A stretch of DNA of 64,000 nt from Octopus sinensis (lineage: Eukaryota). The notes beneath the pieces were generated by a model, which worked only from the letters and a program-made list of their open reading frames with translations, did no database searches and had not been told where the DNA came from. A program made the translations under genes and the position numbers. Position 1 is the first letter of the stretch, and each line of letters begins with the position of its first letter. The stretch is taken from NCBI RefSeq assembly GCF_006345805.1, contig NC_042998.1, positions 6,820,001-6,884,000 of the forward strand. The letters run 5' to 3'. Shown piece after piece: positions 40,076-54,645 of this stretch.

Positions 40076-40841
40076 TGTGTGTCTATATGTTTGTGTAAAG
40101 AAAGAAAAAGGACAAATGACTCAAAAATGGAAGTTAATCATTAATATTAGTTTAGTTTAAAGCTGCAGTTTTAATTTGATTTCAAACAATAATGATGTTG
40201 AAAATGGGGGGGGGAAGGAAATGAAAAGGAAAAAAAAAAGAAGAAAACGTAACAAGATGCAGATGATAATGGTGATGGTAGAAGTGGCTTTGTTGTCGTT
40301 GTTGTTGGTGGTGGTGATGGTGGTGGTGGTGGTGGCGGTGGTTGCAAAGGCAGTGTTGACGTTAATGTGACAAGCTATGGGTTCTTATTCTATTAGCTAC
40401 TGTGTTAATTTTTGTGTGCTTCGGACCTAATTCCAACAGCGTACAGACAAACAACTGTAAGAATGCTATTCCCTTTAATGACAGCTCTAGTATCACACAT
40501 AAACCATAACCAACACAACAGGGGCATTGAAAAATATCTTGCAGTATGCTTTTAATTTACATAGTTTCCATCAAAATGCACATTGTGTTATATATTTCAA
40601 TAACTAAATTTACAAAATTACATCTTCATTGTTCACAATTCCTTAAACTGGCTACAGTCACTGGTGGTTGTGCATGACAACTACACATCCATCATTATAA
40701 TTTGGCTTTGTTAACAAATTTTATTCAGGAATGTAGCTAGCTCTTATTAACTGCAGTTATTTGTCCACAAGGCTAGCTTTGCATTCATTCTCAAAGGATG
40801 TGACAAGCTAGTGAAAGGTGCATTTACAGACCTCACATCAT

Positions 40842-41110
40842 CATTGTCATCATCATGAACATTTAATGTCCTTTTTCCATGCTGGCATGGATTGGACGGC
40901 TTGACTGCAGGCCAGCTAAAGAGCTGCCCAGACTCCATGTCTGTTTTGACATGGTTTGCTATGGCTGGCTGCCCTTCCTAACACCAACCACTTTGTAAAG
41001 TATACTGGGTGCTTTATGCAGCACTGGCATGGGTGCATTTGCATGGTACCAATGCTTTTTACATGGCACCAGCACCTATGGGCCCACAAGATTAGGAATG
41101 CTCAGCCCGA
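40842..41110 (-). mobile_element. Diverged RTE LINE 3'-end copy
   Basis: catcatcatgaacatttaatgtcctttttccatgctggcatggg...gcccttcctaacaccaaccac. Confidence 0.75.
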
Positions 41111-41295
41111 GCATTCCTGCCCATTAGAAGAAAACTGCTTCAAAGGTTCGGCTTTCTTTTTAATAGAGGTTCCCAACCATTTTTACATCATTGACTGATT
41201 TCATGCAAAAACAATTTTTTGCACAGATTAGGAAATCATGTGCATATCAAAACACAATTAAGAGCATAGTATGTAATTTGTTACATATGTAATAT

Positions 41296-41341
<46 letters not shown>

Positions 41342-41342
41342 C

Positions 41343-41374
<32 letters not shown>

Positions 41375-41635
41375 GTATGTATCATATTGAGGGCATTACT
41401 ATATATAAATGCCACACAGTAGGAGGGACTCTTAAAGTCAAGACTACCAAAATAAATAAACACATAGTATCGAATGTGAGGGAATGCAACCCTCGAAGTG
41501 GGTCTTCTAAAAACAGAATTCAGTTGCAAATAACATGATTTCATAATTAGTGCAGAAATGCACTTTTTAATCTTCAGTGCAAGCATAATTCAAGATTTAT
41601 AATGAATGAACAAAAATCAACATACCAGACGAACA

Positions 41636-41965
41636 CCCAATGGTTAGAATGTAGGGCTCACAATCACGACGTAGTGAGTTCACTTCCCAGACTTGGTTGT
41701 GTATTGTGTTTGTTGAGTAATACACTTTATTTCATTTTGCTCCAGTTCACTTAGCTGAAGAAATGAGTTGTGATGTCATTGGTGCCAAGCTGCATCAGCC
41801 TCTTTTCCTTTCCCTTGGATAACATGGCTTGCATGAAGAGGGGAGGCTGGTATCCATAGACGACTGCTGGTCATCCATAAACAACATTGCCCGGACTTGT
41901 GCCTCGAAGGGTTTTTTCCAAGTGCAATCCCATGATCATTCATGACTGAAGGGAGCTTTTTACCC
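41636..41965 (+). mobile_element. SINE group B (tail type iv)
   Basis: tggttagaatg...gagttcacttccc...ggtgccaagctg...gtgcaatcccatgatcattcatgactgaaggg. Confidence 0.7.
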
Positions 41966-42007
41966 TTTATACATACATACATATATGTGTATGTGTGTGT
42001 GTGTATA

Positions 42008-42423
42008 GGTGCAGGCTTAGCTCCGTGGTAAGAAGAATACTTCTGAACCACATGGCTCCAGGTTTAGTCCCACCGCCGTGACACCTTAGGTAAGGGTCTT
42101 CTACTATAGCTTCAGGCTGATCCAAGCCTTGTGAGTGGATTTGGTAGACAGAAGCCAAAAGAAGCCCGTCGTATGTTTGTGTGTGTGTGCGTGCATGCAT
42201 CTTTATGTCTGTGTTCATCACCCATCACTGCTTGACAACCAGTGTTGGTGTGTTAATGTCCCCTTAACTTAGCGGTTTGGCAAAAGAGATTGATAGAATA
42301 AGTACCAGACTTAAAAAAAAAAAATAAGCACAATGATTGATTCATATGATTAAAAATTCTTCAAGGCAGTGCCCCAGCATGGCCGCAGTCTAATGACTGA
42401 AACAAGTAAAAGAATAAAAGAAT
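42008..42423 (+). mobile_element. SINE group A, older copy
   Basis: ggtgcaggcttagctccgtggtaag...gactgaaacaagtaaaagaataaaag. Confidence 0.85.
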
Positions 42424-44333
42424 ATAATGCAAAAACAGCCTGCAGATTGCTATGAACAATAAAACAGAAATAAATTCTAAAATTTATTTTTTCTATGCAG
42501 CCTGGTACCAAATGATGTGTGGTGAGGTACTACTTATACTATCTCTGCTACTATCACTAATGTTACCATCAACACTCAAGAGATCTCTGACCATTACAGT
42601 GGCAATTATCTTTACCATTTCCATTTAGAAAAAAATTACTGAAATCCCATTGCTTTACTTTTTGTTTTAATGCTATCACCAGCACACGCACCACCACCAC
42701 TACCTCCCATTACCACCACCAATACTGCCACCGCCACAACCACCACCACCACCATCACCTCCTCTTCCTCCGCTGTCACCTCAATGACATCAGCACTACT
42801 GCGACTACTGTTTCAAACACCATTGCAGCCGTAGGCCTTTAGCAACACTACATCAGCCTTTATTATCAACCACCACTGCTGGCACTACAACCATTACTAC
42901 GCCCACCACAGACACAACCACCACAGTGAAAGCAATTACCAGCTCTACCATTGCCATCACCATCACCATAACAATTTGAACCATTTCAATCACAACCACC
43001 ACTCCCATCTCAAGCATCATTACAACGACCATCAACACCTCCACCACAAGTATTTGCAATTGCAGCCCCGCCCCTAACCCCTAACATCACCACCATCCAC
43101 CCCCACTACAACAATCATTACAACTACAATAACCAACACCACAGACCACCATCATCACAATCAATCTACAAGGAAGCTTTCTTTGCCTTCAGGAACAATC
43201 AGTTAGTCCTGTATGCTTGGAGTGTTCTCCTTTGTTTCGTTCTAACCCGGCTATTGTTCTTCTCAACTGATATGGCCATTCTTTGAACAAAGAAAGGCTC
43301 TGTTATAGGCAAAAGATCAAAATCTCAAAAATTCTTTCAAAGACAAACATATTTGGCCAGTTTGGTTTTCCAACTATAAAGGTTCTTCTTTACATTGTTT
43401 ACCACTTCAACTAGTCATTTACAGATTACCTTAGAGGCAGTATGTTTCAAAATCTACTACTTCCAACACATTATACTTTAAGAGGCCTGCTTGCCTAGCT
43501 TTTCAACTATTTACTTGTTTTTTTTTTCTTTATAAAGAAAGAGTAATAATACTGACAATTGTAATTATATTTATTGTTAATACTAACAATGTTAATTATT
43601 ATTATTGTGTCACATCTCTCTCTGTTACACATATCTTTGATTCACATCTATCGCTCACCCCACCTATCACCCATCTTCATGTTATTCATCTGTCTATCAA
43701 CTATCTTTCTATCACTCATCTCTCTATCACTTACTTTCCCTCTCAGTCATTCTATTATGTTGCTGGTGTAACAAATCCTGTAGTACTCAATACACTCTTT
43801 CATCATCCTTTCTATGCTGCCAGCCATCACTCCCTCTCCCATCACTTGTTAATGATATCCATCATTTACTTTTGTCACTATACCTGTCTATTACTGTCAT
43901 TCTCTCCCACTCTAGCCATTCAGTTTCTAGTATCATATACTTACAGCTTTCATAAACCCATCCTGGTTTTTCTATTAATGCTCTCCCTCTCTCTCTCTTC
44001 TATCCACCTTCTCGGTGATGATGCCTTGTGCTGGTACCATGATAATATACACCCAGTACACTCAATAACGTGGTTGGTGGATGAGTGGAGATATTGTGTC
44101 GAGTTAACACTTTAGTCTTGAGAAGAATATGACAACTTCTCTAGCACTGGTGCTATAATAGCAAGTACTCAGCACACTCTGTGAAGTAGGTGGTTTGGTG
44201 GTAGGAAGAGTGTCTTGTAGAAACTAAACCAAAATTGAAATCTGTATTCCTCCATTCCATCTGGGAGGTCAGTGACTCTGAATAAGAATTGGTACAAGAC
44301 CAACAATTTTTAAGGGAAGGCAATAAGTTGTTT

Positions 44334-44590
44334 GTGGATGTGCGTGGCTTAGTGGTTAGGGTGTCAGCACCATGATCATAAGATTGTGGTTTCGTTTCCT
44401 GGACCGGACGACACGTTGTGTTCTTGAGCAAAACATTTCATTTCACATTGTTCCAGTCCACTCAGCTGGCAAAAATGAGTAACACTGCGATGGACTGGTG
44501 TCCCGTCCAGCTGGGGAACACATACGCCACAGAAACCGGGAAACAGGGCCCATGAGCCTGGCTAGGCTTTAAAAAGGGCGCATTTATTTA
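44334..44590 (+). mobile_element. SINE group B (tail type ii; CORE-like middle)
   Basis: tggcttagtggttaggg A box, ggtttcgtttcc B box, gtgttcttgagcaaaacatttc, tail gagcctggctaggctttaaaaagggcg. Confidence 0.8.
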
Positions 44591-45079
44591 TTTTAATAGG
44601 TTGTTTACATTAAAGCCAGTATTTGACTGAAACTTATTTTAGGATGAAAGGATGAAAAGCGAAGTTAACTTTGGCAGGATTTGAACTCAGAATGTAAAGG
44701 AATGCCACCAAGTATTTTGTCCAATGTGCTAAAGACTCTGCCAGCTTGCCACCTTAGAAAGCAAGTATATAATGAAGATGATGTTGAATGATTTATGATT
44801 GAGAGAGAGAGAGAGACGTAGTATAGTGCTTGATGAGGCAGGTGTTGTCAATAACGTTGATACCTGTTCATGACACTGGTACTTTGTGTAATGGCCTCAG
44901 CAAAAGCAAAATGCAGGCTCATTCTCAGTAGAATTTGAGCACAGAATATAAAAAGACTAAAGCAAGTATTACATCGGTTTGCATAACCACTCTTATCAAT
45001 TCTGCCAATCTATGGTCTTTTCTTCCCTGAAGAAGAATTTCACCCTTTCATGGCTAGACTTCCTTATGAATTACACAGT

Positions 45080-45484
45080 TCATACTCTTTACTCTTTTAC
45101 TTGTTTCAGTCATTTGACTGCGGCCATGCTGAAGCACTGCCTTTAGTCGAGCAAATTGACCCCGGGACTTATTCTTTGTAAGCCCAGTACTTATTCTATC
45201 GGTCTCTTTTGCCAAACCGCTAAGTGACGGGGACATAAACACACCAGCATCGGTTGTCAAGCAATGCTAGGGGGACAAACACAGACACGCAAACACATAC
45301 ATACATACACATATATATACATATATACGACAGGCTTCTTTCAGTTTCTGTCTACCAAATCCACTCACAAGGCATTGGTCGGCCTGGGGTTAAAGCAGAA
45401 GACACTTGCCCAAGATGCCACGCAGTGGGACTGAACTCGGAACCATGTGGTTGGTTAGCAAGCTACTTTCCACACAGCCACTCC
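45080..45484 (-). mobile_element. SINE group A, full length, young
   Basis: Near-identical to the 20603-21036 copy. Confidence 0.92.
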
Positions 45485-45871
45485 TTTTTGAAAACAAAGA
45501 AAGAATTTGGAGCAATTCATTATTAAGTTAGTTCTTGGAACATGACAAAAGGTTCTTTGTATAGAATTGCAATGAAAAGCTTTAATTTAAACACAAGCAC
45601 TTTAAAATGAAAAGGTTTTATTTCATAGAAACAAGGGACAGTCTTGTCTCAGGAGTGGTCAGGTAAGATAAGATTTTAAAGATAAGAAAGGATATTGTTG
45701 AAGAGGATGGATATGATAATGATGATATCACACACTTAATAATATTGAAATCATTGCTAGCAGTTTTACTCTCAATCTTTGATATGATCTCTATGTTTCT
45801 CTTTCCATCTTGTCAGTTTTCTCTTCTCCATCCTCCCTTTCTTAGTCCTCATCTTCTACTTCTACCTCTTC

Positions 45872-45903
<32 letters not shown>

Positions 45904-46269
45904 TTTCTCTCTTTCTTTCTTCTTTCTTTCTTTCTTTCTTCTTTCTTTCTTTCTTCCTAATATTCTGTGCAAGTGTGTGTCTGTGTGATTTACCACATGA
46001 ATGTATGTATGCACAAAGTTTAGTACGTCCATGCGTGTGCATATGTATGTATGTGTATCAGCTTTTTAGTGTGTGTATATTTATGTAGACGTATGTATAT
46101 ATGTGTAAGTGTTTTCTTTTCTTCTACTTTTTGTTTTTCATTTTTAAAGGTTATTTTCTTCAGTTTTTTTCTTTTGTTTTGTTTTTTTTTCTACTTTTTC
46201 TTGTTACTGATGCATTATTTGTAGTAATTGTTGCTTGATCTCACGTTTCTCCTTGGAGATCTATTAAAC

Positions 46270-46302
<33 letters not shown>

Positions 46303-47892
46303 CAGTCAGACAGACAGAGAGCTGGTTAGGTTTTCAATAAGAAGTGAATAACAGGGAACAGAAAGAGAGAGAGAAAGAGCAAGAGAGAGAACGTGAGAGA
46401 GAGTGAGAGAGAGAGAGAAAGAGCAAGAGAGAGAACGAGAGAGAGAAAGAGCAAGAGAGAAAACGAGAGAGAGAGTGAGAGAGAGAGATCTGTCTGAAAA
46501 GAAAAGGAAAATTTGTTACAAAACTACTAGCGACAGCGCTTAATAATAATAATAATGATGATAATTCTGATGGTGGTGATGTTGTTGTTGTTGTAAATGT
46601 TAGGTTGGTGTTTATTGTTGTTCTTTTTTTGGTTGGTTTAATGGCCTTTTAGAAAGTAACCCCTGGAGGTAAAAATGTATTCAAGTATCTTATGAGGACA
46701 TATTCTTGACCAAAGTATAACAATGATGGAAAGCTTTTGTTGTTGAACACAGCTGGACAATGACACATGTTTACTATTGGGCATATGCTGTCTCTGCTGT
46801 CTTTGACAAAGAATTTCCAGGTGATTTCTGTGGAGTAATGATGGTGGCGGCGATGGTCATGGTGGTCATGATAACAATGGCAATGGTGGTGGTGGTGGTG
46901 GTGGTGGTGGTGGCAGTGTCTGTGATAATGATGTTGCTATTGTTAGTGGTGATAGTAGTAGTAGTGGAAGAGGTGGTGGTGGTGAGGATGGTGGTGGGTG
47001 AATATGGTGGTGGTGGGTGGTGGTGGTGGCAGTGTTTGTGATAATGATGTTGCTGTTGTTAGTGGTGATAGTAGTAGTAGTAGGAGTAGCAGTAGTAGTA
47101 GTAGTAGTAGTGGAAAAGGTGGTGGTGTGTTGATAGTGGTTGATATTTCTGATGCTATTGATGATGATGATGATGATGATGTTACTATTATAGTTAGTGA
47201 TCTTTGATAATTGCTGTGTGGTAATACCAAGGTGGTGGTCATTATAATAGTCGTCATTGTAGCAAGAGCCGCAACACTAGGAGAGGAAAACTCATCGTCA
47301 CCATCATCATCACCATCATCATCATCATCATCATCATCATTATCGTCATCATCATCACCTGCAGCAGCGCCTGTAACAATAGCGGAGGCACATGAGACAT
47401 TGTATTCTGCATCTGTATAAGAAGTGTAATTAATTGTTCAATGAGTCTTCCAGCTGTCTGCGGTTATGTCTCACCTGAAGATATATTAATATCTTGTTTG
47501 TGAGTGTATACAGGTGTGTATGTGTGTGTGTGTGTGTGTGTGTGCAGCTATATGGACAAACAAACAGAAAGATAGAAAAAAAATTTATATATATATACAC
47601 ATGTATTGAATTTTTTCTGATTTTTCAGATTTTATATATGCTAGGCTACTGGTTTTAAATTGATATTAATTAAATTAACATTCAATTTATCTCCCTCATT
47701 ATTTAAATATATAGGTGGATAGATAGATAGATAATTAGACTGTAGTGCTGAGGTTATTTTTTTGTTGCTACTCTGAGTATTGTGATTCTGTACTGATCAT
47801 ATAAGTTAACAAAGAATCATAAACCTCAGAGTAGCCTTCTATAGTATGCAATTACACTCAGTTTTATTCGTCGATATTGAGTACTTCTCAAT

Positions 47893-48110
47893 GGCGGCTA
47901 GCTAGCAGAAATGTTAGCATGCCAGATGAAATACTTAGCAGTATTTTGTCTGTCTTCACGTTCTGAGTTTAAATTCCACTGAGGTCGACTTTGTCTTTCA
48001 TCCTTTCGGGGTCGATAAATTATGTACCAGTTGTGTACTGGGGTCAATTGAATCGACTGCCCTCCCCCCCCAAAAAAAATTCAGGCCTTGTGCCTAGAGT
48101 AGAAAAGAAT
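47893..48110 (+). mobile_element. SINE group C with alternative tail
   Basis: ggcggctagctagcagaaatgttagc...gtcgactttgtctttcatcctttcggggtcgataaattatgtacc, then caggccttgtgcctagagtagaaaagaat. Confidence 0.85.
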
Positions 48111-49489
48111 ATTGAGTACTTTCCATTTGCATGTGTGTGTATGTGTTCTTTTATTGATGCATGATATCTTTGGTAAGTGTCTTGTATAGCCCTGGGCTGA
48201 ACAAAGACTTGTAAGTGGATCTGGTAGATGCAACCTGAAATGTTCATGTGTTTGTGTGTGTTTATGTCTCTTTCTCATAACTCAGTAAACTTCATCCAAC
48301 CCATTCAAGCATGGAAAAGAGGACGTTAAACTAAAGATGTATATATATATATATATATATATAGTTATAAGTATTTATACATACATATTTTTATAAATAA
48401 GTATATATGCACATACATGTGTGTGTGTATGTATATATATATAGTGTTTTATTGAGGCTGAAAATCTTTACGATTGGTTTCATATAACTCGGTGTAACAG
48501 TTTGTGTGGATTTTTCAGCTTCAATAAAACACTATATTTTACTCGATATTTGATAGTCGAGTGCTATTTTATCCATTTTGTTTTGCACCTATGTTCTTAT
48601 ACATGTAAATATCTCACCACACACAAATATATAGACACACATGCATATATGTACACACATTTATATATATTTATACATATATATATGAGAGAGAGAGAAA
48701 ATGTGTAGGAATTCTTTGTCTAGAATCATTTGAAAATATTAGTAGCAATATTTTATTAGTGCCTTCTACTTGGTTGAAATTTTGTTTGCATTCAGTTAAC
48801 CGTCCTTTTGGTGTGTTTAATGTAGTGGAAATAATCATCAAGCTGGTCTGAAAATTCTATAGCAGGAAACCAGAGGCCATGTGCAAAAAGTCACCATTTG
48901 ACATTTGATGTGATGCATTCATGGATATTCTTTCATTCTTTTACCATTTTCAGTATTTTAGCCTCGGCCAAGCTGGAGTATTGCCCACAAGAGATTTTGT
49001 CAATTATAGAGACCCCCCTCCCCAGTTCTTTGTCTATTTCTCCTTTTTTTTGTTTGTTTGTTTTTCTTCTTTTATTAATCTCATAAGGGATTGAAAGGGA
49101 ACAATATTCATCTTATTGCAAAGGGATGTGATTCAGAGAGGAGTAAATAAAACATAGGTATGTATATAATAGCAGTGTTAGTGATGGTGACGAGTGTGCA
49201 TGTATGTGTTGATATACACACACACGCAAACACATATATAGATAAGTGTATTTTTGTCTGTTTTTCCATTATTAATATTTGCTTCTGAAGAAATATTTTT
49301 AGAATGTTTTATTGTGGTTCATTTTTATGGGGTCAGAAAAAGACCTAAATTTCTATTGTGTGATTGCACAATGATGACTAACCTTAGATTTTGATATAAG
49401 ACTCCTCTCCTTGGTCCTTTACTAGGTTCAGCTCAAGAGCTGTGGCCATGCTGGGGCATCGCTATTAGCTCTGCTACACTTTCACTACT

Positions 49490-50090
49490 GGAAACCTTCT
49501 TTGATATGTGACATTTGGTGAATGAGTAAGTTTGATGTTGCAACCTTCATCTTCATTTCTCACTGTGAGGTAGGTTCATCAGTAACTCTTGATACCAGGA
49601 GATCCAGTTTTATTTAGAAGTCACCTACATCCACCCTATGTAGGTTTTTCAGGCTTTTGAGAAGGATATTGAAGAGCTGTAGGCCGTGGAAACCCTAGTT
49701 CTTGCAGTATCTGGTCCTGTATCCTGATAGCAATGTTGGGACTTTTGGTACCCCATTTTTATGTTTTTGTAACTTTCAGTGCCAAAGTTTGGTACAAGTT
49801 CTAGGATTTTACAGATACATATCTCTACACTTCTTTCCTGCCTTCATTTAAGGAGCAGAGTCTTAACTTTCTCAGTCTCTCCCTGTAGCTGACATATCAC
49901 ATTGAGATGGTCTTTTTTGTATAGCTTTGCTGGATTGCTTTGAGTTCTATCCTTAATTTTACACTGTGGTGATCATAGGTGGGAGCAGTAGTCTAAGCAG
50001 CTGAGATACTACATGTAATAGATTTGAGCTACATACCCATTGTCCCACATACTGCTTTCAAAAATAGTCATTGAATGCAATAACTATCAT
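49490..50090 (-). pseudogene. Decayed CR1-group LINE ORF2 C-terminus
   Basis: Minus strand reads HSVKLRIELKAIQQSYTKK...SYRERLRKLRLCSL...GVPKVPTLLSGYRTRYCKN*GFHGLQLFNILLKSLKNLH.VDVGDF*IKLDLL...DEP, the CR1/L2-group pattern LE.IQR..TK...SY.ERL..L.L.SL...LFN.LP...FK.KLD. Confidence 0.8.
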
Positions 50091-50569
50091 TTGAAACTTT
50101 CAGCTTTGAGGGCTTAGGTTCAATCCCATCAAATGGCACTTTGGGCAATTGTCTTCTACAGTAGCACTCAGGATTTGCTAAACTGAAACTAAAAGAAGCC
50201 TGTTGTGCATGTGTGTGTTTATATATATATATAATACATCAAATGCAGGATATCACCAATGCATGAAAAATACATAAACACACAGGACAAAATACCAAAA
50301 AATATACAATATCAAGTGCATTGTGACCAGCGATGTATTACAACATCTGATAATCTGGTCAATGCTGTGATACCATCATTTGGAACTGATATGATCTAAG
50401 AGTTTTTGACTTCTGCACCTAGTTTCCGTACAACAGAAATAGCTCACAAGGAAATGGCCAAGAAAAGTTAACTGCAGTGCTATTTATATATTTTTTATTG
50501 AAACAGAGGGTTTATATAGACAGAACCAATATAATTTCATTCAAATATGATGAAATTTATAACGGCTTT

Positions 50570-50965
50570 GGAGTGGCTGTGTGGTAAGTAGCTTGCTTAC
50601 CAACCACATGGTCCCGGGTTCAGTCCCACTGTGTGGCACCTTGAGCAAGTGTCTTCTACTATAGCCTCAGGCCGACCAAAGCCTTGGATTTGGTAGACGG
50701 AAACTGAAAGAAGCCTGTCGTATATATGTATGTGTGTGTATATGTTTGTGTGTCTGTGTTTGTCACCCCAACATCGCTTGACAACCAATGCTGGTGTGTT
50801 TATGTCCCCGTAACTTAGCGGTTCAGCAAAAGAGACCAATAGAATAAGTACTAGGCTTACAAAGAATAAGTCCTGGGGTCGATTTGCTCGACTAAAGGCA
50901 GTGCTCCAGCATGGCCACAGTCAAATGACTAAAACAAGTAAAAGAGTAAAAGAATAAAAGAGTAA
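50570..50965 (+). mobile_element. SINE group A, full length
   Basis: ggagtggctgtgtggtaagtagcttgc...aaaagagtaaaagaataaaagag. Confidence 0.9.
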
Positions 50966-51436
50966 ACTCAAAATTTGAAAAAAAAAAGAAAAAAATTATC
51001 ACGCCTAATTTCCATATTGAAGATTTGATTATAGACACAGCTAGTTTGCATATTTAATTAAATACTGAACTAGTTATTGTTCTACTCAGTACAGCTTAGC
51101 ATAATTAGCTAGCATATCAAGCTTGATCACTGTCCTACTTACAGAACTTGAGATAATTTTTTTACACTGATTAATTAGTTTAACTTAATCATTTGTGAAT
51201 GAAATTTTTGTTGGAAACTAATTGTTTTTTTTCTTCCTGAGATTGGTGTTCAAATTCACAATAAATTAAACATTTATTTTGCTTATAAAATAAAGCCTTG
51301 TAGAAAATATCGTGCTTATGGAGTTTGTATGTTATTAACAAATCAAGTCTTTTTAAAGCATATGGTTTGAATCACGAATACATACAAACATATATATATA
51401 TAGATATATACGTATGCACATGCACACAAATACACA

Positions 51437-51478
<42 letters not shown>

Positions 51479-52739
51479 CCATGCCAGTATGGGAACCAGA
51501 TATCAAAAGATAATGCTGGTGATGTTGATATTAGTTGGACATCTGTCATGTTTCCAAAAAATGCCCCATGGACAGTCGGCAACTTTTCCTATCCAAAGAG
51601 TTGTTAACCAAATATTTACATGCTATTATTCATAGGCATTTATCTGCTTCAAGGTTCACCATTTCCAAACTAGAATCCTTTCACATTCTCTTGTTGTTTC
51701 AAAAGTCTTATGACACCAACAATACATGAATACATACATATGCACATATATTTTTATACACACACACACATACATACACTTGCATACATATATCTCTCTA
51801 TATCTATGTTTGTGTGTATGTACACACACACATACATACACACACAGTAGAAAGGATTTAAAAAATGGTCGTGAGCTGGCAGATTCCTTAGCATACTAGA
51901 CAAAACACAGAATTTTTTTCTGGCTTTGCATTCTGAGTTCAGATTCCACCAATCTTTTGTTGAACTGCTAAGTTACAGGGACACACCAACACCAGTTGTC
52001 AAGCAGTGGTGAGGACAATCACAAACTCAGTCACACACACACTTACACACACTCACACACACACACACACACACATACATACATACACACATACATACAT
52101 ACATACATACATACATATGAGAGACTTCTTCAAGTTTCCATCTAAAAGTTTCTCTGATTTAGGTTGTTGTAGTGTGAATATAGTTCTTGTTTGGTTTGAA
52201 CTCATAAGAATTTATAGTCAATGAAGGTAAATTGCGCAGCAAACCACAGAAATATAATTTCAAAAATAAAAACGAAAAAAAGGCCTGTTTGGTCGGTGGG
52301 AAAATAAAGTTGCTTGGTTCAGTCAAGAAGAAAAATTCCTGAGAATATTTTGAAGAACCCAGCTGAGCAGAAAATATAACTTGGAAATTCTAAAGAGCCA
52401 ATTTTTTTTTCTATTTCCTTTTCCATTGAATAATAGATTTATTAGGAAACTGCTAGCAATTTGTTTCAGGTTAAAATAAAGTTGCTAGGAAATTATATTG
52501 AAATCATATGCCATATCTTCCTGCATGTACGCTGATGTAGTATGTAGTGTTAATATGTAAGCAAAGGTGTAACTGTGTGGTAAGAGATTTACCTCCTAAT
52601 CCCATGGTTCCAGGATCCATCCCACTGCATGGCACCTTGGGCAAGTGTCTTCTCCTATAGCTCTGGGCCGACCAAAAGCTTGTGAGTGGACATAGTAGAT
52701 GGAAACTAAAATAAGCTAGTCATGTGTGTGTGTGTGTGT

Positions 52740-53050
52740 AGGTGCATGGCTTAGTGGTTAGGGTGTTCAGCTCATTCATTAGGTCAGGAGTTCAATTCCT
52801 GGCAGTGCATTGTGACTTTGAGCAAGACAATATTTTCCATGTTGCTCCAGTCTGCTTGGCCAGGAAAGATGAGATGTACCTGTAATTTTAAAAGTCAGCC
52901 TTGTCGCATTCTGTGCCACACTGAATCCCCCTGAGAGTTACGTTAAGGGCATGCATGTTTATGGAGTGCTCTGTCACTTGCATGCTAATTTCATGAGCAG
53001 ATTCTTCCGGTGATCTGATCAACTGGAACCCTCATTGTCATAACCAACAG
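52740..53050 (+). mobile_element. SINE group B (tail type iii), diverged
   Basis: ggtgcatggcttagtggttaggg...ggagttcaattcc...tacgttaagggc...tcaactggaaccctc. Confidence 0.75.
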
Positions 53051-54490
53051 AGGCCGTCCAAGAATTTGGACCTGGAGATCTCCATTTCCAGTGATGTTGA
53101 GGGCCACCTCCCGGTGGTGTCAGGCATCAACGAAGACCCCTCGACTACAACAAGACAACCAAAGTTTTTCTTTTTCCAAGGTCTGGGGTCTCCTGCCCCT
53201 AAGCCCTAGACCATCACCTAATCACCCTTACCCATCTTGTTGCTTAACAACAATAACCAACAGAGTCCTAGTTTTGTGTGTGTGTGATATGCGTGTGTTT
53301 CTGTGTGTGTGAATTTTGGGTGTGTGTGTGTGTGTGCTTGTCCCTTACACTGATAATTGGTATTGATTTGTTTGCATCACCGTAACTTAGTGGTTTGGCA
53401 AAAAAGATCAATAGAATAAGTACTAAGTTTTAAAAAAAGTACTAAAGTCAATTCATTTAACTAAAACTCTTTCAAAGCAGTTTCCCAGAATGACTGCAGT
53501 CCAATGACTGGAACCAGTGAAAGTTAAAACACGTAGTGTAAACATTCAAACATTATTACTATCTTTCAAAATCCTGCTGTATATCACATGGAATATTTGA
53601 TCCTCCGAAGTTATCGTGGTGTATAAGTTGACTTACCTTTTTGGCTGTAAGTGTTGGTCAGAAAAATTCAAATTATATTCCAGATAAATTTCATGTAATT
53701 GAAATGAAATCTTATGAGGAATTGATATCAGTGCTTATGAGGTCTTCTGAATGTAACAGTTTTGATGTTGCCTTTGTCATGGCTTTCTTGGGTTTAAATA
53801 TATTTGGACAATTCTATGAATGAAGTTGGTTTAAGAATAATGACACTGATGAAAGATCAGCTTGGAAATTCTAATGTAAAGCTTTGTTAATGGTTTTCTC
53901 TAAAGAATCTAAAGCCTTTTAAATATGCATAAAATGTTATGGGTAAAAAGAAGAGGGTGTGACTAGAAGGAAAGGGGAAGGAACTAAAAGAAGACAAGGT
54001 AAACAGTTAGATAAGCCAACTGATCAAGAAAAAGATAATTAGAGACAGATTTAGAAATTTATGGCTTTGCATAGAGTATTAACAAGAAATATTGATATTG
54101 GTACAATAGATAATATCAATAGAATTGTTTGTTTCCCCCAAAATAACAATAGTAAAGGAAGAATTTTTTTAAAATATATTTTTCTTTTATTTGTTTTTTT
54201 TCTTCGTTTTCATTTCCACTAATGTTTATTCTATTAGAAGTTTTCCAACTTAGCATGCGCACACAAAGTTATTATCGAGGAAGAGAGAAAAAAAAAGATT
54301 GGAAAGCCTTATTTATGTCATCTCAAAAGTTTATGCCATGACAAACAAATTAAATAAGAAATTCCTCTAAAGAAAATATCTAGCTATCTTGGTTTGTTGT
54401 TCACCATTCGTTACTGCATGCATGTATATATATATATACACACACAGAGATACACCCACACAACTGTGTGTGTGTGTGCACATATGTATG

Positions 54491-54540
<50 letters not shown>

Positions 54541-54645
54541 ACAAATATATCTATCTATATATGTATGTATATATATATATGTGTGTGTGTGTAGGTATGT
54601 ATATATATATATATATATTATATGTACACATATGTATGTATATAT

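Noticed and set aside
43160-43500. Coding-like minus-strand stretch (ILKHTASKVICK*LVEVVNNVKKNLYSW...)
   Set aside because: Multiple stops and no family motif I could name; needs tblastn
53641-53823. 60-aa plus-strand ORF with natural-looking composition
   Set aside because: Starts at TTG, at the length threshold expected by chance, with no homology or splice support
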